A stretch of DNA of 50,210 nucleotides from a virus, in the IMG/VR virus record IMGVR_UViG_3300028666_000006. The stretch is one strand, 5' to 3'. The notes under the pieces are model-generated. The model did not search any database, was not told the origin of the DNA, and saw nothing but the letters and a program-made list of their open reading frames with translations. Shown in pieces: positions 26,169-33,836 of this stretch. The number at the start of each line of letters is the position of its first letter. The first letter of the stretch is position 1. Both the position numbers and the translations under genes were made by a program.

Positions 26169-28181
26169 ATGCGCACCCTAGCTGCGGCCGACACCCTCGC
26201 TGCCTCGTGCACCGACGCCGACGTCGTGGCGTGCACGATCAGCGGCGATCAGGTGCCGTCGGCTGGCGGATCGGATGCGTTCGAGCTGCTCGCGGCGCCG
26301 TTCATGCTTCCGACTGGCCCGACGACGGTCTACACGAGCCCGAGCGGCCACGTCTCGCTCGTCAACGAGATCACGCTGGTTAACACGGGCAGTGATGACG
26401 AGGCGATCGCGTTCTACCAGAACGGAACCGACCCGGAGAACATCTGGTCGCAGTTCACGCTGCACGCCGGCTGGACCGCGATCTACAACGCGCGCGGCTG
26501 GCAGATCTACGACGACTTCGGCGTGCTTCAGGCCGGATTCCAAGGCCCGACCGGGCCGACGGGGCCTTCTGGCGGGCCAACTGGCCCGACGGGGCCGACC
26601 GGACCCACTGGACCGACCGGCGCCGACTCGACGGTGCCTGGACCGACGGGAGCTGACGGTGCAACAGGACCCACTGGACCTACGGGTCCGACTGGACCAA
26701 CAGGAGCGGCATCGACGGTTGCGGGTCCGACAGGACCGACTGGCCCTACAGGGCCGACTGGTCCAACGGGACCGACAGGCCCGACAGGTGGCACTGGAGC
26801 AACAGGCCCTACGGGACCTACAGGACCAACGGGTCCGACTGGGCCTACCGGCCCAACTGGAGGTACTGGCCCGACAGGGCCGACAGGGCCGACAGGGCCG
26901 ACAGGGCCGACAGGGCCGACAGGCGCCACTGGCGTAGCCGGCGGCCTGGTCTGGAACTTCCAGTCGAGCACGGTGATGGCCGACCCCGGCTCGGGCAACT
27001 TCCGGCTCGACAACGCAACGCCAGGGTCGGCAACGCACGCAGCGTTCTCGACGCTCGACGCCAGTGGTACCGACATGACCGGCTGGCTCTCACTACTAGC
27101 GGGACCGTCGTCGGTGCTCGTGGGTCAGGACGCCACCACGCCTGGCAGCGAGCTCGTTGTGACCGTCTCAGTGGTTGCGGTCAACAGTGGCTGGGTCGAA
27201 CTGACGTTCTCGGTCGCCGCGAGCGGTGGCACCTTCACGGCCGCCGACGCCATCAGTTTCTTCGCAGCGCTCAACGGCGCCGCGGGCCTGAAGTACGTCT
27301 ACTCGACCGATACGGCCAACACCGACCCTGGATCGGGTCAGTTCAAGTTCGACAACACCACGCTCGCGTCGGTGACGCGGTTGAACATCAGCTATACCAA
27401 CGGATCTGGCTCGAACTGCACGACGCTCATCAAGAACCTGCCGATCGGCTCGATCATCGGTATCAGCACCGACTTCAACCCGATCCACGAAATGTACGTC
27501 AAGACGACTGGCGCCGTGACCGACGACACGACGTACGGATCGGTCGCCGTCTCGGTTCTGGCGTCGTCCGGCACGTGGGCCAACGGTGACCACGACCACA
27601 TCATCGTGATGGGAGGCGCGACCGGAGCTGCTGGCGCGACCGGCCCAACCGGACCTACTGGACCGACAGGCCCCACCGGACCCACCGGGCCAACGGGTCC
27701 GACCGGATCGTTCACTGCGCTGACCCTGACGGCACCGTACGGGTTGTCAACGGTACCTGGAGCTACCGCAACGATCACGCCAGGTGCGACGAACATGGCG
27801 ACGGTCGGTTACACGCTGCTCGCACCAGTCGTATCCGGCCACGTCTACGTCGACAACTCGACCGCGAATGGCAACCTGCGGGTCACGATCTACAGCGACG
27901 ATGGCACGACGATCATCGCGCAGACTGGCTCGGTGGCGGCCACTACTGGTGTCCAGAAGATCGCCTGGACGACCCCGTCGGCATCCATCACGATTCCAGC
28001 CGGTCATTACTGGGTCGGCGTCACGTGCTCTAGCGGTTCTGAGATCTTGATTGGTGTCTCAGCACCGAGTACGTTGTTGCCGGACAACTCGGCCACTATC
28101 AATGCCTCTGGTGGCACGCCAGGCAGCATCACCCCGCCGAGCTCCCGAACCGGCGTGGCTCCGCTCGTCTGGATCGGCTGA
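26169..28181 (+). CDS. collagen-like tail fibre protein
   Basis: 670 aa with two Gly-X-Y blocks, mostly G-P-T. Each block is followed by a beta-rich domain. Confidence 0.85.
   Translation: MRTLAAADTLAASCTDADVVACTISGDQVPSAGGSDAFELLAAPFMLPTGPTTVYTSPSGHVSLVNEITLVNTGSDDEAIAFYQNGTDPENIWSQFTLHAGWTAIYNARGWQIYDDFGVLQAGFQGPTGPTGPSGGPTGPTGPTGPTGPTGADSTVPGPTGADGATGPTGPTGPTGPTGAASTVAGPTGPTGPTGPTGPTGPTGPTGGTGATGPTGPTGPTGPTGPTGPTGGTGPTGPTGPTGPTGPTGPTGATGVAGGLVWNFQSSTVMADPGSGNFRLDNATPGSATHAAFSTLDASGTDMTGWLSLLAGPSSVLVGQDATTPGSELVVTVSVVAVNSGWVELTFSVAASGGTFTAADAISFFAALNGAAGLKYVYSTDTANTDPGSGQFKFDNTTLASVTRLNISYTNGSGSNCTTLIKNLPIGSIIGISTDFNPIHEMYVKTTGAVTDDTTYGSVAVSVLASSGTWANGDHDHIIVMGGATGAAGATGPTGPTGPTGPTGPTGPTGPTGSFTALTLTAPYGLSTVPGATATITPGATNMATVGYTLLAPVVSGHVYVDNSTANGNLRVTIYSDDGTTIIAQTGSVAATTGVQKIAWTTPSASITIPAGHYWVGVTCSSGSEILIGVSAPSTLLPDNSATINASGGTPGSITPPSSRTGVAPLVWIG
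26535..26946 (+). repeat. collagen-like Gly-X-Y repeat block (about 137 codons, 9-nt periodicity)
   Basis: Read directly: [20 protein letters not shown]...[11 protein letters not shown], with two short interruptions (ADSTVP, AASTVA). Confidence 0.9.
27612..27710 (+). repeat. second collagen-like Gly-X-Y block
   Basis: [33 protein letters not shown]. Confidence 0.9.
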
Positions 28182-28194
28182 GAATCTTTGGTCT

Positions 28195-28236
28195 AGGACT
28201 TGACAGACCTTCGCTGGTGACCTATCCTGAAGTCCT
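28195..28236 (+). promoter_or_regulatory. 7-bp inverted repeat AGGACTT / AAGTCCT bracketing promoter P2 (candidate operator)
   Basis: AGGACTT at 28195..28201 overlaps the -35. AAGTCCT at 28230..28236 lies just after the -10. Confidence 0.4.
28200..28228 (+). promoter_or_regulatory. sigma-70/SigA-type promoter P2
   Basis: TTGACA (28200..28205), a 17-nt spacer, then TATCCT (28223..28228, TANNNT). AAGGAG and ATG28258 follow. Confidence 0.6.
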
Positions 28237-28257
28237 CAACGAAGGAGACCAGACCAG

Positions 28258-28362
28258 ATGATAACCGCATCACTCGCCATCCTCCTCGGCGTGTTCTACT
28301 GCTCGTGGCAGTTCTTCTGCTACACAGTCGCCGAGACCGTCCGTCGGAGGAAGTCCCGATGA
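28258..28362 (+). CDS. 34-aa membrane peptide (below the ORF-track cutoff)
   Basis: ATG28258 lies 10 nt after AAGGAG. Sequence MITASLAILLGVFYCSWQFFCYTVAETVRRRKSR. ATGA-coupled to the next gene. Confidence 0.5.
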   Translation: MITASLAILLGVFYCSWQFFCYTVAETVRRRKSR

Positions 28363-28505
28363 CCACACACATCGTCTTCACCTTCGATGTCTCCTCACTC
28401 GATACCGACGAACTGGAGGCGCTGGCCGTTGAGGTCATCGTCCAGCACGAGTCGAGCGAGACCCATCCGACGGTGCCGCTCCCGACGGTCGAGTGGGTCG
28501 ACTGA
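28359..28505 (+). CDS. small acidic hypothetical protein
   Basis: ATG28359 follows GGAGGA, within ORF 28305..28505. Confidence 0.55.
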   Translation: MTTHIVFTFDVSSLDTDELEALAVEVIVQHESSETHPTVPLPTVEWVD

Positions 28506-29779
28506 TGCTGCGAGTCGGATCACTGTGCTCCGGTGTCGGTGGCATCGACCTCGGCTTCGAGCGCGCTGGCGCCACGATCATTGGTCAGGTCGAGTGGGAC
28601 AAGCACTGTCAGTCGGTGCTGCGCCATCACTGGCCGACCGTTCACATCGCTTCTGACCTGAAGGAGACCCATGTCCGACGAGGTAGCGCCGATGTCATCA
28701 TCGGCGGCACACCCTGCCAAGACCTCAGCGTGGCTGGAGCAAGAGCTGGACTGGATGGCTCACGCAGCAGCCTCTTCTTCGACTACGCCCGCGTCGTCGA
28801 CGAGTGCCAGCCGGACTGGTTCGTCTGGGAAAACGTTGCAGGCGCGCTTACTTCGAGCGGCGGACGGGACATGGGCACCGTCGTTGCAACGATGGCCGAC
28901 CTCGGGTATGGCGTCGCCTGGCGCGTGCTCGACGCGCAGTATTTCGGAGTGGCCCAACGACGCCGTCGTGTCGTCCTTGTCGGACGTCGTGGAGACGTCC
29001 GAAGTGCCGCTGAAGTATTGGCTCTCAACGAGAGCGTGCAAGGGAATCCTCCTTCGCGCCACTCGGCGCGGCCGGACTCTGCCACCGCTGCTGGACCAAG
29101 CGCTACGCATCGTAGCCAGCCGACCCGAGAAGTAGCGACCACACTCACGACGGCTGGTATCGACGACAAGACGGCCGTGGCTGGTCAGTTGCTCGTTACT
29201 TCCGAGGTGACTTCGACCCTACAGGGCGGCGGCAAGCGCGGTTATCGAGTCGATGCCGAAGGCGCTGCTGGCGGCCAGTTGCTCGTCACTGGAGCGCTGA
29301 CGACTCAAGGAGTCAGCGACGGCATGGCGCAAGCTGGTCATCTGATCGCTGCGAGTCGTGAGGTGGCATCGACCCTGACGGCAAGCATGGGCCATCACGG
29401 CCACAGTTCACCTCGCGGTGACGGTACGGACAACTTGGTCGCGACGTTTCGCAAGGGCCGACGTGCGCAGAACACCGAAGACTTCGAGACGTGGGTCGAG
29501 GAGGACTTCGCCAACACTCTCAACCTCGCAGACAACACCGGAGACGTGCGCGCAACGACGCTGATCGCCGATCCTGGCTCACTGGAGACTGGAGTGCGAC
29601 GTCTCACCCCGCGGGAGTGCGAGCGGCTTCAGGGCTTCCCTGATGACTGGACGCGCTACGGCCACGATGGCCGCGAAATGGCCGATAGCCACCGCTACCG
29701 CATGATGGGTAACTCCGTCGCGGTGCCAGTCTTTGAGTGGCTGGCGAAGAGGCTGGTTGCCGTCGACGGCCGAGTCTGA
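28505..29779 (+). CDS. DNA (cytosine-5)-methyltransferase
   Basis: Motif I LCSGVGGIDLGF, motif IV GGTPCQDLSVAG, motif VI VWENV, motif VIII QRRRRVVLVG, motif IX RRLTPRECERLQGFPDDWT, motif X GNSVAVPV. The variable region between VIII and IX is long. Confidence 0.95.
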   Translation: MLRVGSLCSGVGGIDLGFERAGATIIGQVEWDKHCQSVLRHHWPTVHIASDLKETHVRRGSADVIIGGTPCQDLSVAGARAGLDGSRSSLFFDYARVVDECQPDWFVWENVAGALTSSGGRDMGTVVATMADLGYGVAWRVLDAQYFGVAQRRRRVVLVGRRGDVRSAAEVLALNESVQGNPPSRHSARPDSATAAGPSATHRSQPTREVATTLTTAGIDDKTAVAGQLLVTSEVTSTLQGGGKRGYRVDAEGAAGGQLLVTGALTTQGVSDGMAQAGHLIAASREVASTLTASMGHHGHSSPRGDGTDNLVATFRKGRRAQNTEDFETWVEEDFANTLNLADNTGDVRATTLIADPGSLETGVRRLTPRECERLQGFPDDWTRYGHDGREMADSHRYRMMGNSVAVPVFEWLAKRLVAVDGRV

Positions 29780-29813
29780 TACCTTACAGTTCTCACTCTA
29801 AAGGAGGGTCACC

Positions 29814-29987
29814 TTGCTCAGTTTCATCCTCGCCGTAGCGTTCTTCGCTTGCGGCATCATCACTGGCATGGCGTTCTCGCGCGCAGCTCGTACGTTCGAG
29901 GGGATGCACGACGTCTTCGACGACGGATACGTCGAGTTCACAGCCGAGCCGACTCCGTTCGTCGGCAACCACTACTGGGAGGAATGA
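29814..29987 (+). CDS. 57-aa membrane protein (below the ORF-track cutoff)
   Basis: TTG29814 lies 5 nt after AAGGAGGG. Sequence LLSFILAVAFFACGIITGMAF.... Its stop overlaps the next start. Confidence 0.5.
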   Translation: MLSFILAVAFFACGIITGMAFSRAARTFEGMHDVFDDGYVEFTAEPTPFVGNHYWEE

Positions 29988-30436
29988 TGGCGCTCAACCC
30001 CCAAGTGAAGGAAGTCAGTTGTCCCGGCAGTGCCTTGTGCATCGCGGCTGGCACGCGGCATGTTCACTTTGACCGGCCGCTAGCCAACGGCTGTGGCACG
30101 ATTGTCTACGACATTGTCAAGCCGATCGACAACACTGCGGCCGAGGAGCACCTCCGACGTGCGGCCAGTCTCGATGCGGAAGCCGCGAAGGCTCGTGCGC
30201 GCGCTGCGTACCTCGAATCGCTCCCGCAGGACGTCTATGACGAGGGCACTGTTGTCGTCTTCACGCACACTTTCCCACAAGGTGGTACGTACTCCTACGG
30301 TGCCGTCAAGTGCCGCGACTCCTGGTACACCACAGGCCCGCGTGGCGGCAACGAGGCTCGGACGTGGCAGAACCTCTGCCAGTTCGCCGACGAGGGCTCG
30401 CTGTACTGGTGCCCGACAGCCGAGCCGGTGGTCTGA
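29984..30436 (+). CDS. hypothetical protein
   Basis: ATG29984 within ORF 29849..30436, 150 aa. Confidence 0.7.
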   Translation: MMALNPQVKEVSCPGSALCIAAGTRHVHFDRPLANGCGTIVYDIVKPIDNTAAEEHLRRAASLDAEAAKARARAAYLESLPQDVYDEGTVVVFTHTFPQGGTYSYGAVKCRDSWYTTGPRGGNEARTWQNLCQFADEGSLYWCPTAEPVV

Positions 30437-30828
30437 TGCTGGGACTCACCGCTGATCCGAAGGTCCGAGAGAAGCCGACGCAGAAGCAGATCGCCCGCGC
30501 GAACGTGCGGCTGGCCGAGTTGCCGAAGCGTAAGCAGACGGCAAAGGCGCTCGCGGCGCTGATCGAGGATGAGCAGAGCCGCACGTACGTGCCGAATCGC
30601 GCCATGCTGCGTCGGGCTGGCGTCCATCGTGGCCGGCGCTCGTTCAGCCAGAAGCGCGCGCTCGTGGCGGCAATCGCCCGTGGCAAGCCGCTCACCGAGG
30701 AGCAGAAGGACCGCCGAGCAGCTAGGGAGATTCGTCTGGCTGACCGACGCCAGCGACTGCTGCTCGATGTCCCGCTCGCACCTCGGCCGCCGAAGCTGAA
30801 CAAGTACGGCCGCGTCGAGAAGGGCTAG
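30436..30828 (+). CDS. basic hypothetical protein
   Basis: ATG30436 within ORF 30310..30828. The ATG shares one base with the upstream TGA. Confidence 0.7.
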   Translation: MLGLTADPKVREKPTQKQIARANVRLAELPKRKQTAKALAALIEDEQSRTYVPNRAMLRRAGVHRGRRSFSQKRALVAAIARGKPLTEEQKDRRAAREIRLADRRQRLLLDVPLAPRPPKLNKYGRVEKG

Positions 30829-30832
30829 ACCC

Positions 30833-31021
30833 GTGGCGCAGACCCACCCGTGCACAGTTTGCCGTGATCCGCTCACTGACGAGGAAGGCGTGTACGCCAC
30901 CACGGCGCGCAACGCCGAAGCCTCAAAGCACGGCGAGCCGTTACACGCTTGGTGGGTCTGCGTTACGTGCATGATGATGAACGACGCGGTCCATGTGCCA
31001 GCAGGACTTGGAAAGTCCTAG
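30833..31021 (+). CDS. small zinc-ribbon-like protein
   Basis: 62 aa with CTVC...CVTC pairs. Confidence 0.6.
   Translation: MAQTHPCTVCRDPLTDEEGVYATTARNAEASKHGEPLHAWWVCVTCMMMNDAVHVPAGLGKS
31003..31019 (+). promoter_or_regulatory. 17-bp palindrome AGGACTT-gga-AAGTCCT
   Basis: Perfect 7-bp arms at the last codons of the 30833..31021 gene, next to an 80-bp gap. The heptamer is the same as at P1 and P2. Confidence 0.4.
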
Positions 31022-31101
31022 AATCACTCGAACGGCCCTATCAGTCGGCAGTCCAGCGGCCGATAATAGAGGTACAAGCAAGAACCTCTGAAGGAGCCAA
31101 G

Positions 31102-31305
31102 ATGAACACAGTCGAGATCCACACCGCAGCCGGTGGAACGATCGTCATTCACGATCACAAGCCAGGCCAGTTCCCAGTCCTCGACCATATGGTCGAGGAG
31201 TGGGCCGCCAACACCGAGTCGGCTCGGATCGCGACACAACTCCCCGCAGCGCCAGTCCGCAAACCTCGCCCGCAAGGCTGGAACGACTTCGAGGACGTGC
31301 GATGA
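31102..31305 (+). CDS. hypothetical protein
   Basis: ATG31102 follows an AAGGAG SD, within ORF 30949..31305. Confidence 0.65.
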   Translation: MNTVEIHTAAGGTIVIHDHKPGQFPVLDHMVEEWAANTESARIATQLPAAPVRKPRPQGWNDFEDVR

Positions 31306-31559
31306 CCACCCGTCGGACGCCAACAGTCGCCGAGGCGCGAGGGATGCGCGAGGCGCTCGTCAAGAGCTCACCATCAGGTGGCGCTCCGTACCTGACGCTA
31401 GACCTCGATTCTGAGGTCGACCGTCGGATCATCGGTTCGGTCTACGCGCAAGAAGCGCGCGCAGCGATGCCAGCGACCCACACGATCAGCGCGTGGAACT
31501 GCAACGAGCCCTACGACGGCATGACCTACGGCGACCGCACGTGTCTGGTGTGTTCCTGA
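31302..31559 (+). CDS. hypothetical protein
   Basis: ATGA-coupled ATG31302 within ORF 31200..31559. Confidence 0.65.
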   Translation: MTTRRTPTVAEARGMREALVKSSPSGGAPYLTLDLDSEVDRRIIGSVYAQEARAAMPATHTISAWNCNEPYDGMTYGDRTCLVCS

Positions 31560-31732
31560 TGGCCGTCACCATCGCCGTCGAGGTCGGCGAGTACGTCGAT
31601 GCAAGCCAGGATGCTCTGGAGGCGTACGCAGTCTCTTGGAACATCGTCGTCATGCCCAACGGGGACGTACTCAAGCTGACGATGCAGGCCGAGGATCGCT
31701 CGATCTCGTCGATGTGGCGGCGGATCAAGTGA
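31559..31732 (+). CDS. hypothetical protein
   Basis: ATG31559 shares one base with the upstream TGA, within ORF 31493..31732. Confidence 0.55.
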   Translation: MAVTIAVEVGEYVDASQDALEAYAVSWNIVVMPNGDVLKLTMQAEDRSISSMWRRIK

Positions 31733-31911
31733 ACGACCTCTGTCCGCACTGCGGTGACCCGACGGGCTATCACGTCTACATCGGCGAGACGACATGTGAC
31801 CGGCTCGACCCCGCACCCGAGCGGGATTACGCCGCAGAACTGACTGACCGCGCCGAGGGTGACCTCGGCGACTGGGTATACGAAGGGAGTGATGACGACG
31901 ATGAGGGTTAG
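31729..31911 (+). CDS. small hypothetical protein (CxxC, acidic tail)
   Basis: GTGA-coupled GTG31729 within ORF 31636..31911. Confidence 0.55.
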   Translation: MNDLCPHCGDPTGYHVYIGETTCDRLDPAPERDYAAELTDRAEGDLGDWVYEGSDDDDEG

Positions 31912-32059
31912 GTTCGGATTCGGCCTACCGGGGCCGTTCTTCGTCACGAGCAGCAAGCCACGGCGGCCGGCGTCGAGCGCTGATGAGTTTCTCTTCGGCG
32001 TCTGCTTCATCATCGGCGTGATCGGCGTGACGTGGGCCATCATTGCGAGTGTGTTCTGA
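31901..32059 (+). CDS. small membrane protein
   Basis: ATG31901 lies 11 nt after AAGGGAG; ATG31892 is an alternative start. C-terminal TM FLFGVCFIIGVIGVTWAIIASVF. Confidence 0.5.
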   Translation: MRVRFGFGLPGPFFVTSSKPRRPASSADEFLFGVCFIIGVIGVTWAIIASVF

Positions 32060-32433
32060 TGACGCGCAAGTACACGCACCAGCGCAAGGTGCACCTCGGT
32101 TTGGACCTCAAAGGTCCCGACCAAGGTCTTGAGCTGGTCCGTCGCGAGCGAGAGCGCCAGCGGATCGTCGAAGGACACCATCCGACGGCCGACGCCAGGT
32201 ACGTCAACGGTGAACTTTCAGCAGCGGCGGCGTGCTACGCGCTGGTGCCGAGTCGTTGGCGTGATGTACTCTGGACTCAGGTCTGGCCCTGGGGACCTGG
32301 AACTTTCAAGCCTCGGAGCCGCAAAGAGAACCTAATCCGCGCTGGTGCTCTCATCGTCGCGGAACTTGACCGCTTGATCGCCGCAGAGCGTCGTGGCGAC
32401 CTTCGCCCGGAGGAGACCACACCCGATGATTGA
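32059..32433 (+). CDS. conserved-looking hypothetical protein
   Basis: ATG32059 within ORF 32032..32433. Motifs GELSAAAACYA...WPWGPGTFKP...LIRAGALIVAELDRL. Confidence 0.7.
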   Translation: MTRKYTHQRKVHLGLDLKGPDQGLELVRRERERQRIVEGHHPTADARYVNGELSAAAACYALVPSRWRDVLWTQVWPWGPGTFKPRSRKENLIRAGALIVAELDRLIAAERRGDLRPEETTPDD

Positions 32434-32710
32434 GTCCACTCGCCAGCCTTGCACTGGCTGGCTCATCGACAGCCTTCGACACAAGCCGAAGCGCACCGCT
32501 ACCCGGCAGTCGATCCTGGCCGAGTCGCCGTACAGCGAAGCAGCTCTCGATGCATCGGCGGTCTTCTTAGAGAGCCTCGGCATCCTTGACTTCGGCTCGG
32601 CGCCGGGTGACGTCTGTACTGAGTGCGGCCATCGCAAGCGCTCCAGCCGCACCTGGCGCTTGACGCACGTACGCTCGGCGCCTGGACTACGAACCTTTGG
32701 AGCGTCCTGA
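32426..32710 (+). CDS. hypothetical protein
   Basis: ATG32426 lies 10 nt after GGAGGAG, within ORF 32393..32710. Confidence 0.6.
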   Translation: MIESTRQPCTGWLIDSLRHKPKRTATRQSILAESPYSEAALDASAVFLESLGILDFGSAPGDVCTECGHRKRSSRTWRLTHVRSAPGLRTFGAS

Positions 32711-32907
32711 TGGATCACTTCGTTACCGTCGTGCTTCGCGTGCCCGAGCACGCCGCTGAGAACCTTCGTGACTGGCTCGATCGGCCGGCGACAGGTCGGC
32801 GCCAGCAGACTCTGATCGACCGCGAGTGGTTTCATCGCGTCGGCACGTTGCCCGACCCCAACGAGGAGGCGCACAAGCGCGGATCGAGTTGTCCATGCCG
32901 ACCCTGA
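32710..32907 (+). CDS. hypothetical protein
   Basis: ATG32710 shares one base with the upstream TGA, within ORF 32623..32907. Confidence 0.5.
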   Translation: MDHFVTVVLRVPEHAAENLRDWLDRPATGRRQQTLIDREWFHRVGTLPDPNEEAHKRGSSCPCRP

Positions 32908-33836
32908 GTCTCGCCATGATCGTCCGTAATGAGGCGGACAGGATTGCCAACGTGCTCGAAGAAGCGAGCATCTGCTGTGATGAGCTCGTTGTCCTCGACA
33001 CTGGTTCGACGGATGCCACGGTGGAGATCGCCGAGGAGTACGGCGCCGAGGTCGCGACAACGGCGTGGCGTGATGACTTCGCGTGGGCACGCAATCTGTC
33101 CTTCGAGTTCTGCACCAGCGACTGGATTCTGTGGCTCGATGCTGACGACCACTTGCCGACTGAGGCAGCCATGGCGATCAACTCGATGCTGAGCCGTAGT
33201 GCGGTCATGTCGGCCAACATCATCGACGCAGTCTCTTGCGAATACCGCATGATCGGCGCTCTCGGCGAAGTCACTCTTTGCTTTGACCGCGAGCGGTTGA
33301 TTCGGCGCGAAGCTGGTCTGCGCTGGGAAGGTCGCGTGCACGAGACCATCGCAGTCGCCTATGGTCGGTCGGTACGCAACAAGACCGTCTGGGTCGAGCA
33401 CCGGCCAAACGGGAAGCCGTCAGATCCACGTCGCAACCTTCGCATCATGTCGTCGATGCTCGATGATGGCGACGAGAGTCCGCGGACCCTCTTCTACATC
33501 GCCAACGAGTACCGAGATCTCGGTGACCTTGACATGGCACGAACTATGTACCGGGAACGGCTGGGATGCACCGATGGCTGGAAGCCAGAGACTGCACAGG
33601 CCGCATACGAACTCGGCAAGTTACTGATGGGCGTCGACAACAACGAGGCTCAGCACTGGCTCGAAGAGGCGGTTGAACTGACGAACTGGGAACGCGCTGA
33701 ACCTATGCGTCAGCTCCAGCATCTGCACCTGGCATCAGGTCGCTCCGCTACTGCAAGGCACTACGCCAAGATGGCGGACGCTCTTCGACCACCGCCAGGT
33801 GGACTGTTCATCGAGTCGTGGGCCTACTCGCAATGA
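32895..33836 (+). CDS. family 2 glycosyltransferase with C-terminal TPR-like repeats
   Basis: N-terminus LSLAMIVRNEADRI...LVVLDTGSTDATVEIA...WLDADD (GT-A fold with DxD). The C-terminus is helical-repeat-like (YIANEYRDLGDLDMARTMY..., AAYELGKLLMG). Confidence 0.85.
   Translation: MPTLSLAMIVRNEADRIANVLEEASICCDELVVLDTGSTDATVEIAEEYGAEVATTAWRDDFAWARNLSFEFCTSDWILWLDADDHLPTEAAMAINSMLSRSAVMSANIIDAVSCEYRMIGALGEVTLCFDRERLIRREAGLRWEGRVHETIAVAYGRSVRNKTVWVEHRPNGKPSDPRRNLRIMSSMLDDGDESPRTLFYIANEYRDLGDLDMARTMYRERLGCTDGWKPETAQAAYELGKLLMGVDNNEAQHWLEEAVELTNWERAEPMRQLQHLHLASGRSATARHYAKMADALRPPPGGLFIESWAYSQ

Noticed and set aside
26535-26946. Short-period repeats that could be mistaken for a CRISPR array or satellite.
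   Set aside because: The period is 9 nt, it is in frame and it encodes Gly-X-Y. There are no spacer-sized unique segments and no cas genes.
25407-28181. The repeated fibre sequences as a diversity-generating retroelement target/template pair.
   Set aside because: I saw no reverse transcriptase gene and no long near-identical template/variable repeat pair. The similarity is limited to the collagen triplets.
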